Shown piece by piece: positions 1 to 12,775 of a stretch of 64,000 bases of DNA. A program made the position numbers and the translations under genes. The stretch is from contig OZ316892.1 of NCBI GenBank assembly GCA_973895155.1, forward strand, positions 11,968,238-12,032,237. The letters run 5' to 3'. The stretch is from Marsupella aquatica (lineage: Eukaryota; Plantae; Marchantiophyta). The notes beneath the pieces were generated by a model. It was not told where the DNA came from, did no database searches, and saw nothing but the letters and a program-made list of their open reading frames with translations. Positions within the stretch are counted from its first letter, which is position 1. Each line of letters begins with the position of its first letter.

Positions 1-3000
1 CATCGTTGAGAAAACCCAGGTGGAGTTTTCCTTGGCGAACTTTGACTAAAACAACCCAAAATTAAAGAAATTAACTTATTTAGGTGTGGTAAGCGTGATG
101 TATTGAAGTGTTTGGCCATAACAAATATGATGGAATGTTTTGACCCCTGAGTTATCCTTTTGCAGAATCCTGTTGAGGTGGAGGGTCTTCCTAACAGCTG
201 CGTGTTCATATCAGCTGGCTATCACCACTCTGCCGCAATCACTGGTATCCTCTTCAACCTGGTCCTCTGCATATGGACCAACTACTCCGTCTTCTCTTAC
301 CTTTAGTAGATAGAAGAGTTCTTTTGCATCACTATTGTGAAAAGGCAACGCAGGTCTATGCACTACAGCTAGTCCTTCATTTGTCAGCTTTTCGTTAGTG
401 GTGGCAAAAGAGTTTTTTTTATATTGAACCCTTCCATGCTCTTAGTCTGTACAGACTAATGACAGCATTGGATGGACTTCTAACCAGGATCCCTTCTATG
501 GTGCTCAACGCATAAATAATAACCTGTTATTTAGTAGGGGCAGACAGGCCAGAATGTTCTCTTGGTATCCATGACCACCCTGTACTCTTAACTTCTCATT
601 CGGTATTTCTACCGAACCAGAGTACTCAAAATTACCAGAGTACTCACTAAATGTTGAATGTTGATTCTTGTAGAGGATGGAGCTGTCTATGTCTGGGGAA
701 GCAACTCACATGGTCAACTTGGCCTCGGAAAGAGTAAGTAAACGAGAATGACTTTCTGTCCATTAGAGACTTTTCTGTTGCTTGGATTCTGAGGCAGAGC
801 TATCCTGCGATTTTGGTTTGCGCAGAGGCTCAAAGTAAGATATGGAGGACAAACAGAGTAGATGCTTTGAAGGACTTTCCGATTAAGATGCTAGCACTTG
901 GATCTGAGCACTCTCTTGCTCTTACTGGTAAGCAAAGGGGAAGTTTCAATAACATGTTTAAGTCAGCACGTCAAAATTAAGCTTCGTGAAAATGTGCTTC
1001 TTGGAAATCGCGTACTATGCACTGCATTGTTGGGCTGCAAGCAAAAGTTTTTGTCATCTGGCCCATACGAGAGCTTTTCTCTCGTAGTGATTTGTCTGTA
1101 GTCATTTTTTCGTGGATTGACCTATTGCACTTGTTTTGTTTTTGGTCTTTTTTTTCTTGTGTTGGTTTGTTTGATGCGTTCCCTACAAGAGGATGGTGAG
1201 GTGCTGAGCTGGGGTTCTGGGCAACATGGACAGCTTGGACATGGCCAACCAAATGGACTATTTCATTACCTGCGAAATGCTAGGTCTGAATCATATGGTT
1301 GTAGTCGTAGAAGTGCATATTATTCAATATTGAAGAACTCCGTATTGGTTTTTGCGCAAAGCAGGGAATTGAGAGAACACACACTAATGGCTTCTTGAAG
1401 AGTCTTTTATGAATTATATCATTTCAGTCATTGCTTTCGTTCTGTCTTTAATTATTAACTTTTGACCATTGCCGTGCATTTCATGGGCACAATTGCTCGC
1501 ACCTTCCAGAAAAAGATTTTTGTCTAAAGTAAAGGTTGAGGAACAACAGACTAAGTTTTTTTTCTCTATGTGCAGCGAATATTATCCCAGGCTGATTGAC
1601 GGTCTCCGAGGAACCCAGGTGATTGCTCTGGTTCAAGAACGAATGAATTCACATCCCTGAAAATCGAATCAATCCTTCTTGAGCCGTCTCTTATTTTTAG
1701 TGCAGCCTTTAGTGAAGTGATATTAGGAACTCAACGAGAGACAAGAAACAGTCTGTCGGTCAGTTATTGTCTCACTCATCTATATTGGTTCAGTTTCGCT
1801 CGCATCTTTGTTTGTTTTTAGTAAGCTGTCATGGGACCAATTGTGCTCCCTGTACTCTGTGAATCTCCTAAGAACACGTTTCTTTACAAAGCTAGATTGT
1901 TGCACCCTTGCATCAAAGTTATGAACTCCCGCGTAGAGAACAGAGGATTATATGTTTCCTACATCGGTTATAATTGAACCGAAGATGTTCACATGCAGGT
2001 GCGTGCCGTCTCAACTGGGTTGATGCATTCTGCTTGTGTGGATCGTAAGTTTCAATTCTAGTTGACCCTTTTTCAACTTAACCCGTGTGCATCATTTAGT
2101 TGTTCTTTGTTGTTGTCCTTCAGTTTTCGGTGGAATAAGTTAGGGGTCGTCCATTCTACAGAGTAATTAAAATATATTGAAAGTTCCAGAACATTTTGGC
2201 ATATCTTACGTAATTTGGAAGGTCTCCTATTAAAAGACCATGGGGAAGATGTGACATCAAGACCCAAACTTCCAAGTACAATACCAAGAAGTCACGTCTC
2301 TTTTAATTCACTTTTTGTTTCTAACTCTATATGAGAGCTGCTTGCCTGTGCAGAACTAGGCAACCTATTCACTTTTGGACAAGGGCGGATGTGCCAGCTG
2401 GTACGGGTGCCTTTCATAGATGTTTGCTGCAAATTTAATCAATCTTTGGGACTTGTGTCTCAGTTTCGGTTAGTTTTTTTCTGGCATTTTCTTTGATCTA
2501 CATTTCTTTCCAACATACCAAGTCTGATGCTCGCTGGTTGTCAGGGTCATGGAGACAATCGTGATTCTTTTGAGCCATTAGCGGTTGCAAATATTCCGTC
2601 TTGCTCTGGAGTTGCATGTGGTGGCTACCACACTGGGGCCATCTCAAGTAAATGTCTCCCACCTTGGCCTGCGTTTCGCCTTCTTGTTTGCACGTCATAT
2701 GTGTTAAATAGAGAAGAAAGTGTCTATATTAGCAACGTAAGAGAGGAATGATCAAGTCACCTTTCAAGCTCATGAAATTTATTTTAAGGTGGCTTTTTCC
2801 CAGAACTGAGTAAGGAAATTTGAATTCGCCCTTTTTTCAGGAACTGGAGATCTGTATATGTGGGGCTCTAATGAATATGGCTGCCTCGGCTTTGGGTGGG
2901 TTGCTCATCTATCGCGCCTAGTCCATCAAATATTTCAGTGACAGGTTAAGTTTACGGTTTATGGTTGGTCAAGGGGATATTTGGCCCGTAATGTTGTAAT

Positions 3001-3973
3001 GGATAACGCACTAAAACTCAAGAGAAATATTCTGTGGTACTTGGGTGGTTAAGCAGATACCAACATACAAACCAAATGGTCTTCCCCCTGAAGGTTGATG
3101 GGGTTCTAGCACAGCTCAGGGTGTCAGAGGTACGTTACCAGCAGATGCTAGTACTGTTTGCAGCAGTTGTGCGAAGTGATTCATCCTCTGCTGTGGTTAA
3201 TGGTACTGATTTCTGACCTGTATCTGACATGTTCAATGGATCGAGGATTGGCATGCATTATACTAATCCGCTCTGTTCGCCTGTAAATATCTGGTTTTAC
3301 TATCAGGTGTCATGTGGTTGGAAGCACACATGTGCGCTCACAGGTGAAGATCCGTTGTCTCTTGTTTTTGCAGCGTGGTAGCTCTTCCTATCTGCAAATT
3401 TTCAGTCCCGATATGAGCCTCGTTTTTGCATTCTGTTTTCTACTGCTTCATTTCAAATGCCGGTGGAATTTTGCCTTTGTATTATGAATATCTCTCCAAC
3501 AATTTGCGAGGCCTTCACCTGTGGAAGCTTCCGCTTTTTTGAAATAGTTGAATCTATAGGAAGTTCTGAAGAAGCCTTTTGTGATGGATTTCAGTCGACG
3601 GACAATTGTATGCCTGGGGTTGGGGAGGTTCTCAAGGGACATATTCAACAGATGGTCGTTCATCTGGAGGGCAGCTGGTGCCTACTTTATTGCTCTTCCT
3701 CATATTCATTGGGACATCTGTCCTATTGTTGCATTACGTCTGTATGACAATAGAAGCACGAACATTGTACAAGGCCTGCTTTTGAGGTTGGGGAATTTTT
3801 TTCAAGCGATTTTGTTCATCACGGGTGTGGTTTAAAAATGTCAGACCGATGTGCAGGGTGTGGGTGATGAATTCGACTATAATGAGCCGACACTTGTCTT
3901 GATGAATAAGATGAGTGCTCAGCATGTATCCTGTGGGTTCAATCATACAGCAGCCATTTTGAGAGAATGGTAA
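1..3973 (+). CDS. RCC1/UVR8-like beta-propeller protein (RUG-type); 5' end lies outside the window
   Basis: Manually spliced GT-AG exons: <1-19, 166-244, 674-733, 826-927, 1190-1283, 1576-1618, 1999-2044, 2354-2400, 2545-2647, 2841-2895, 3057-3129, 3307-3343, 3595-3677, 3857-3973 (TAA). They give repeated RCC1 blades: [129 protein letters not shown]. Confidence 0.92.
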
Positions 3974-5325
3974 TTCTGTATATTCTTCACGCTTACTAGT
4001 ATTAATTCACTACACCTTCCCTAGCTAGAGTGCTCACTTGATTTGTCTGTCTGCATCGATATTCCTTACAAGATGTTCAAGTTGAAATTCACTGTAGTGT
4101 CTATGGTCTGATATCATAGGTAAAAACGATTTGTTCAATCTATTCATTTGAATTGATTGCTTCAACTAAATTTGGAGAAATCATAGCATGCCAGAATTCG
4201 ACTCTGTAATCAGAGCTCGGATATACCTGTAATTCAGCACATTGCTGGTTAGATCAATCACATGAAACGTCCTCAGTCGTGGCGACTAATCGTTTTAGGT
4301 CTGAGATGCTGTTATGGAAAGGCTCATTTATCATTGTGGGCTACTTTACCTACCAATTCGTTCGTTAGACTTGTGTCTACAAGCTAAAAGTTTATGTATG
4401 GACTTTGGACCAAGTAAGTCCCAACAAGTCTGGAGATGATTTTGACATGAAGCAGAGCAATTAGTTTATGCAGTTCTTTCGAATTCGGGATTGTCGCTTG
4501 CAGTTCATTGGCTCGGTCCAGAAATTTGAACTCATTGGACAATGTGAAGGGAAGGAATTGGACGACCCAAAGCCACATTCTCCGAGGCTTCTCCGGACGA
4601 AAGGAAGGCTGGTCTTGAGGCATGGCAAACCCCCTTCAATTGCTTTACTCGACACTCTCTTATGACGTAAACAAAGTATACACTGCCATCTACGAATCCA
4701 GCATACCTACGAGCTTTGGTTCTGAAGGACTCTTGCATGAGTACTAGAATTTCGACATCACGCACAGTAATTCTTCATGACATCTGAGCTTTCATCACTG
4801 AACGTGAAGATATTTGTTAACTCATTGAATTTTCGTCACATTCGAAGCTGGGTACTACGGCGAAACATGTTGACCCCTCCAGTACAGTAGTTTCCGGTCC
4901 ATTTGCACAACTCTCAAATCGCATTCCATCGACGTCCTAGTAGCTCGTGTTGTACCCCTTCACGGTCCGTATTTTCTTGTTCCGAAAAATCCTGTTTCGA
5001 AAGGAAAAACGTTGAGGACGTACAGTACAGTAGTAAGTTGGTGGCCTCCATGAGTCTTATCGATCCATCAGGCCTGGTCCGCTTTCCACCGAACGTACCA
5101 AATCCGTATGACTCGTGTTGCAAATTCTGCACCTCCTTGGCCTTCAAACTCCGTACCTTAGACGGAGATCACTATCTTACAGTCAGGATTTTGCATACAT
5201 TACTCGAGCTATGGGTTATAGACTACTTTAGAGTTTCCTCTAAAACTCTAAGAGCATTCCCAGTTTCCCATTTATACTTGCCATACAAAGGTGCTATCGA
5301 CCAGTGGCAAGTCTGATGAAGACTA

Positions 5326-5608
5326 TTGGGCTTGGGAAGCATGTTGGAAATGAACCACTGTGGAACCAGAGATGGTGTGCTATTGACCAGAGTGGCAAGG
5401 CAGATGAACCAGACTTGTGGGCCTGGGAAGCATGTTGGAAATGAACCACACTCTAACCAGAGTTGGTGTGAGTTGGTGTGCTGTCGACCAGAGTGGCAAC
5501 GCAGATGGGCCTGGGAAGCATGTTTGAAATGAACCACACTCGAACCAGACTTGGTGTGCTATTGACCAGAGTGGCAATGCAGATGAACACTCATGGGCCT
5601 GGGAAGCA
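5326..5608 (+). repeat. Tandem array of about 3.5 units of ~90 bp, each containing the 5' end of the adjacent TRIM LTR
   Basis: Repeated GGGCCTGGGAAGCA-TGTTGGAAATGAACCACAC..GAACCAGAG.TGGTGTGCTATTGACCAGAGTGGCAA.GCAGATG. The TGTTGGAAATGAA..AGATGGTG part matches the LTR start at 5609 and 5803. Confidence 0.85.
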
Positions 5609-5940
5609 TGTTGGAAATGAATCACACTTGAACCAGAGATGGTGCAGGCATGAAGGGCCAGTAGCTCAGTGGTGAGCACAATGATGTACACGGGAGAGTC
5701 CTAGGTTCAACTCTTAGAGGGTCGGTGTTGTTAAGAGTTCCGACATGGTATCAGATCCAAAGATCACGAGTTTTCTTGAGCCAAGTGTGGCTCAAGGGAG
5801 GGTGTTGGAAATGAATCACAATTGAACTGGAGATGGTGCAGGCATAAAAGGCCTTAAGCTCAGTGGTAGAGCACCACCATGTACACAGGAGGGTCCGAGG
5901 TTCAATTTCTAGCCGGTCCATGCTGTTGAAAGTTCCAATT
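5609..5940 (+). mobile_element. TRIM (miniature non-autonomous LTR retrotransposon) with tRNA-derived LTRs, Helenus-like
   Basis: LTR1 5609-5745 (TGTTGG...TTCCGACA); PBS TGGTATCAGA at 5746-5755 (tRNA-iMet type); 57-bp internal region with hairpin CTTGAGCCA-agtg-TGGCTCAAG; PPT AAGGGAGGG 5794-5802; LTR2 5803-~5940. Each LTR has A box TAGCTCAGTGG or AAGCTCAGTGG, a TGTACAC loop and B box GGTTCAA. Confidence 0.85.
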
Positions 5941-8900
5941 GGGTTTCCTTCAGTGTGTGGATTTCTTTAACTTTTGCTACCAGGTGAAAGTGGGTTTGTG
6001 AATAATACAGAGAGGTGTTTAAATTTTGGTGATTATTTGCCAAAATCAATGGCCAAGATCTGACTGTCCAGAGATCTAATTGTTATAATGTAACGATACA
6101 TACTTTTTGCTGAGCAGAGCCTTCTCAGCGCACCGTACCAGAAGTGCCACCTGTTCAAAATGCAAAAGGAAACCTTGGAGCCTTCAGCACGCCAAAAGTG
6201 CCACCTGCTCAAAATACCAAAGGAAAGTTAACCCTTTTGGGCAGAAGAGTGGGAAGGTAAGGTTCACACCCATACCACCAAAGTGTGGGACCACAAGGTC
6301 AAGCCTAGTAGTGTACTACAAACACATTGCCCAACTTGCCTCCTGCAAGTTCCCCCTACATCCAATCTCGCGTGTCCCTACCGAAAGGAGGTCTGATGGT
6401 GGGCATAATCACTGCGGCTATTGGAGGGTAGAAATGGCTCAGCAGGGGTGAATTTAGCTGGGGCAGGGGCATTAGTAGAACCCTATTGAGTTCCAATGTG
6501 AAGTCAGAAATTGAATTCCCAATTAAGCAGAACCCTTCACATTCATTGCCAGCCACCTTGTATGGCGGACGGGTGCAAATACTCGAGCCCCTACACCCCA
6601 AACTCACAATGACTTCAGTTCAACATGAGAAATTTGAGTTTCCTTATACTCTGGGCCCAAACAGGTCTATTCACGAATACTCAGGGTGAAGTGCCTTCAA
6701 CGCACTTGCCTTTCATGTTGGAGCATTTGATATCTGAATTTGGGCATTTGCACAGGGGGTACTGCTCTTCAACGCTGGTTTGCCGATCAATAAGTCCGGG
6801 CAAATCTTGTCCGCTCACCTCACAGAGTGCTTTTCTGTGTCTCACTTGGTGATTCGCACATGAGAAGTCAATAAGTCATCTCTCCCTTAATTTTGGCCTA
6901 AACCCTTGGTGAGTCTCACTTTACTGAAAGCTTTATTGTTTACTGTGGTATGTGCTGAATTTGCTGTGGTATGTCGAGTCTTTGTTGTCAAAACTGGAAA
7001 TGTGCCTTCATTCTCACGCTTAGCGCATGTGACCTTCAATTTCTTAGGGAATCAATAGACTGTGGAAATATACAAAGGACTGCTCTCAACATCCTGGAAA
7101 CTGAGGCCCCAGTGGGCTTAAATATTTGACAACATGTCCAAATGGACTGCAAAAAATAAAATTGGTACTCATATAACACTTTTCTCTGTAAAAAAATCCA
7201 TACTTTTCTGGTCAAGTGTAAGCTGGTCCATCTGAGTTTCCAGGCTCATTGAGTGGTCCAGCTGAGCATTACTTTCCTGTCTGCTGTCATATTTTTTGAA
7301 GTAAAATCTAATTTTCAAGGCATTATAGATAAAAACCTAAAAAAAGCATATTTTCTATGTACTGCCATTTCTTTGATCAAAATCTGATTTCCAAGGAAAC
7401 CAGAAAGGAGAAAAGAATGCTCTGTGTATGCCGTCACTTGTTTTAAAATTAGATTTCTGACATGTTTTCTTGCTAAAATTTGATTTCCCAATGCAAAACT
7501 GAAAATACCTCAAAAGAATATTCTCTGTGTACTGTTATTTATTTCATTACAATTTGGTTTCTGCCATCTTTGCTTATTAAAAAATGATTTCCAAGGCAAA
7601 AAAGAAAAGACCTATAAAGAATGCTTCGTGTCTACAGTCATTCCTTTCAGTAAAATCTGACATTTCTTTTACTGAAATTGGATTTCTGACATGTTTTCTT
7701 CATAAAAATTTGATTCCAAGGGGAAGAAAAAAAAAAGGGTCTATGTGTACACTCATTTCTTTTATTAAAATTCATTTCCAGAAAGGACTGTCCACAGGGC
7801 CGCCACGAAGTATGAGGCTGCCATTCCTAACGTGATTTCCTATCAAGCAATTTGCTTCGAATGGCGTTTCTGCGACCCTTCGTAAGAGTAAGCCGAAGTC
7901 GGCATAGCATCTTACTTTCAGGGCCCCCATCCACTCTAAATTCCCCAAGTCCGGATTACTTTGTGCGACCATCCACTATATATTCCCCAACTCCGGATTT
8001 CCAGGGTAACGTAGTGCTATCCCGATTGGTGCAGAAACTATACGTCATTTTTACACTTTTGGACCTCATAAATAAAATATTGGGAGTGATTGAACAAATC
8101 TTTAAAGAATCTAGTGATGCAAATGCAAGGATATTCTAAGCTCGTTGATGTAGACATTGACTGCTCAGAGTATTCATTACTTTAGACTTATACGGGACAC
8201 AAATCAAATATATTTCGCACAGGGCTTGCGCCAACTGAACACTCTTTGACTTGACTTTGGTATGTGTGGGGCCTATCAAGATCATAATATTATTTTTGTG
8301 GTCAAGCACCCAAAAATGGTCTCTACAAGTGAACCCCGTGGCTGGAGCTAGTCCCAGCAAAAGTTGTGCCTCAGAAAATCATATATATAATTAAATTTCT
8401 TGGATGCATAATACGAAGACTTCTCGGCCATCTCAATGTGCAAGTGTGTGTGTGTGCATGAGGTCTCATGTTCGACTTCAGGCAGCTCACTTCTGTGCCA
8501 GATTAGTGGTGGGTTCCATGCACACTACTTGGGAGTTCGGGCCTGATGCTCCCACCCCCAATGGCAAGAGCTAATAGGTCTAAGTTGCCAGAATTATGAA
8601 AAGATTCTTAAAATTCGCCTAATTTATAAACACCCCTCCTACCTGGACAGTGCGTGTGAGTTCCTTGGCCATTCCAGGACAACATTAATAAATTGAAGGC
8701 ATGGCAATTGCAACAATTGCACCAAACAGGTTCGTGCATGCAAGCATTATGTCAAATTCTCAGTCAATATTGGTCTTAAAGGAATGATTCACTTTGGCCT
8801 GAAAGAATTATTCCTTCACTTTTTTGTCTCAAAAAAACTCAATGAATTTAATTCAAAAAGCCAGCATACAACACGAATGGCCCACAAAAGGGGTTGGCAC

Positions 8901-11900
8901 CCAGGAGGACCAAAGGTTGAAGAAGACCAAAACCGGGGGAGGCCGGCAAAAGGAAAACTAAACCAAAAAGTTTGAAGTGAGAACCAAAAAGGAAAGCTAA
9001 ACCAGAAATATATATATAGCTACTGCAGCGGGAGCGGCAGAGACTCCCAAGGCCGTCCAGTGAACAAGGGACTGGCAGGGAACCTGTCAATGGATCCGTG
9101 ATATAACAACTATTGGTCTAGTCTGCAATGAAGCCTCTAATCCTGCAGGGTGGGGTCCTTCATGGTGGGTGGGCGGAACGGGTGGTACTTGGAGGATAGC
9201 ATGCAGATCCCAAATTCCAATCCAGGAAACATAGTCAAAAGACATAGCCTTGAAGGCGTCACTAAGCGTGGACTTCCCTATAATTCGGATTTTTTAATTG
9301 GTGGTGAGCCCAGGCTCCAAGCCTGTGTGATCCCTTCACTTGAACTGGGGTATTTTTGTAAATTTTCAAGTTTAAAGAGGATTGTGTAAGTTTGGCAGCT
9401 TGTACTGGTAATTTGGTAATTTTTCCTTTGCTATCGGAAAATTTAGTCAAATTCTTACTCAAAATTTGAACTCTTTATTTACCTAAGGTTATAAATGATT
9501 TGTCTGGAACCGCCCACCTTAGTCCAATCCTGAGTCCAATGGTACTCCTTAAATCTTGGAAGATCTAACAGTGCTGATCTCGTATTTGGATAAGGGTTGC
9601 TAATCTTTAGCATATGTGGCAATCATAGACATCAAAATTAAGACATAAATGGTTCCCATGTCACCCAACGTAAGAAAGTTCAATTACTATTAGAGTCTCT
9701 CAGAGCCACTTAAACCACGGCAGCCACTATAAATGGGACCGTGCCCTAATCCGCCACTGTTCATTTGCCTAAGGTGAACAGTAGACCTACGCCTCTCAGA
9801 CTCACTTTAGCAGTATCGTTCTATGCTACACACATTTTTGGCAATTTATTTAGAAGTATAAACTATTATGAAGTGGAGTCTGCAGTTTGAGCATAGATCA
9901 CCGACCTATGGTGAACACTGATACTCAAAAAATTCCAATATACAATGTGATCTTTTGTACACAGATTGTACTCAATGAAAAAGGTGTATGGTATCGTATG
10001 ACTTTACTCAAAGATGGGAAGTCAAAAGTATGACTCATGCCAAGTACTTGTAGGTCAATTGTTTAGTTGGTTACGAGCTTGTAGCTTGGCACCAAGTCTC
10101 ATATGCATGTACCTTGGAGTGAATTTGGCAGTTAAATTAACATGTAAGGGGATTTCAGCAATTGGAGCATTGAACTTTAGTTAAACTTGTTGGTCTTGAC
10201 CCCAATCCCTTCATTTAAAGTTTAAATCCTAGTTGGGTTGCTGATTTAGGCATAGAGTTGAATTGTAGCCCCTTGAGTCTTTTGTTTAGGAGAATACCCT
10301 CTTTGCAAAGTGTCCCTTCCACAAAGAACTTTAGAGTTCATGGTGAACATTGTAACTAGTTGTATTTCTTTGCTATAAAGGAATTGAAGCCATTCATTCA
10401 CTCACTGAGTCGGTGGAATATCAGTGTTGTGAATGATAGAAATTCTACCTTCAATTGCTTGTCTTCCTTCTCAAGTCTTGCAAGTTCATCTAAATATATT
10501 AAAGCCTCCACTTGTTCTGGTCAGTACAATAAATGGGCTACATTTGATAGGAAAGCAGTCCATCTGGTGTGTTAATGTACTCTTAACGTCCCTATTTCCT
10601 ATTTACAGCATCATACTACGGTGAACTATCTCTGTATGCACACTCCCTGGAAGAGCCCCTAACCTTGCACTTATAAGTGGTATGAACTCTGTTACAAGTG
10701 CAAGATTTAAGACCTTGCACTAATCTAAACAACTTATTTAGGTATTGAAAGATGCAATACCTTGCACTTATCAATGTTCATTAGTCATGGCAAGGCCAGG
10801 GGAAAAGTGTATCATCGTCTGTTATTGTGATATAAAATGTATATCCTATTCATTTGAACATTTTGCTTACTTGACTGTTACCTCTATCCTCTATCACCTA
10901 GCCATTTCCCTTGTCATCCTAGGGTCTTGCAGGGACATTTCACTTCACCCTGCAGTTTCCATTGTCATCTTCCCCTGAGCACCCTTTGTTTCTCCCTACA
11001 CATGGACGGATGGGTGGACAGATAACAACATGTGTTTTCTGTCTAGAGCTCTCACTTTGGTCTGGAATAAGATTTAAGACATATTACACTTGTCAGATTG
11101 TACATATACTAAGCTTTACTCCAAAAGTGTGATGCATAAATTCTGAAAATGCCTCAAATATGTAACAATAAGGTTAATGCTTTTATAGGTAATTGTGCAT
11201 GTAGCCTCATAGAGGAATTGCACGTATGATGTTCTCTAAACACTTCTGAAAGCTGGACTGCTGGGACAAAAGCCTTGCTTTGTTGTTTCCATGCAGACAT
11301 TTTGCAGTGGCACTTTGCAGGGAACTGGCCGGTACATTTCAAAAGTTGGGGCCTCAAGGGCTAGAGTGTTCTTTGCCCTTGGATTTTTGCTTAACAAGTT
11401 GCCAAACCTGGCTAATGAGGCAGTTCAGACATGAACCTCTCATGGACAGCCCTACCATCAGTGTAGGGCTGCAAATTGAAGGGTATGTAATATCTATAAC
11501 TATTTAATTGCAATGGAAAGCCATTCTCCAGGCCTACTGTCTAAAGTGAAACCTAGACCTTGACCTTGGTCGCATAACTAAAAGCAGGGGGTGCGGACCA
11601 TAAACATGATTTGGGGGGGGGGCAAGCAATTGGAAAACATATGACAATGAATGATAGTGAATGAATTTTTTACACTGTTATTTTTTTCCTGGACTCTATT
11701 TACCATCAAAAAATGACTTAGGTTAGTGGAAAATAGTTTCTGATTTGTTCCCTGCCTGGATGTGTCTAAAGTCTGGTTCATTCACATCTCCCTATGCACA
11801 CAAACTGTACTAAAGAGTCCCATTCACTTCACTTCTCCCAGACAAACAAGCTGCAATAGCTTTCTCTAGTCTCTATGTATAGCTACCATGATAATTTAAT

Positions 11901-12229
11901 AATAAAGGTGGCATACCGAGCGGGAGCCCTATATGCCATAAAGGCTTAAGTATGCTGCACAGCCTTTTTTGTATTGGCAAAATTTTGACAAATCCTACCT
12001 TGGGATTGGGTAGTGGCTACCTCAACAAAGGAAAGTTTTGAATTTATTTTCCTTGAATTCGCCAAATCCTGAGGTGACAGGAGTGTCTGGTTAGGAGCAC
12101 TCCTGAAGGGTGACTATGTAGGCTCGCCAGTCCCTCCCAAGCCACTTTGGACTTGCTCACCAGTGTCGTACCAGAGAGTTGTATTTGATCGCCAGTGTCC
12201 TGTCACAAAAATGTATTTTACTAGCACCT

Positions 12230-12775
12230 CCTGCTCAAATACCTGTGTATTGGGCTATGTACCAGGTGCGCTCACATACCTGTGTGTTGAGCTAAGTACC
12301 AGGTGTACTCATATACCTGTACTGGGCTATGTACCAGGGAGCGAGGTGCTTGGGGGTAGGCATATTTGGGAGCATGGAGGGGTTCAATTCCCCTACACAG
12401 AACTAGCCCGAGGCCTGTGCATTGCACAAACATGTTGAGGTGAAAAAAGATGTTGGTGTGAAAAAATTGTCGATGAGAGAAAAAGATGTCGAGGTCACGA
12501 AAAAATGTTGGTGTGAAAAAAGTTGTCGATGAGAGAAAAAGATATCGAGGTGAGGAAAAGAAGTCAAAGTGAAAAAAGATGTTGAGGAGAGAAAAGATGG
12601 CACGGTGGGAAAAAGAAGTGAAGATGAGAAAAACATATTGAGGAGAGAAAAGATGTCATGGTGAGGTAAAGAACACAAAAAATGCCCGTGCATGGCACAG
12701 AAGATGTTGAGATGAAGAAAAGATGTTGAAAGGAGAAAAAATGTAGAGGTGAGGCAAAGTTGTTGAGGAAACACC
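12230..12775. repeat. Degenerate purine-rich minisatellite (GAAAAAAGATGTTGAGGTGA-like) within a repeat element
   Basis: Many ~18-20 bp degenerate units from 12435 to 12775, preceded by ATACCTGTGTATTGGGCTATGTACCAGG repeats. A related array in the opposite orientation is at 45955-46340. Confidence 0.7.

Noticed and set aside
4384-5316. Cluster of overlapping short ORFs, possibly a pseudogene
   Set aside because: CpG-rich but with no recognisable domain or consistent splice model; it would need BLASTx.
5655-5920. Two functional tRNA-Val genes
   Set aside because: The acceptor and anticodon stems pair poorly and both lie inside LTRs, so they are treated as tRNA-derived sequence.
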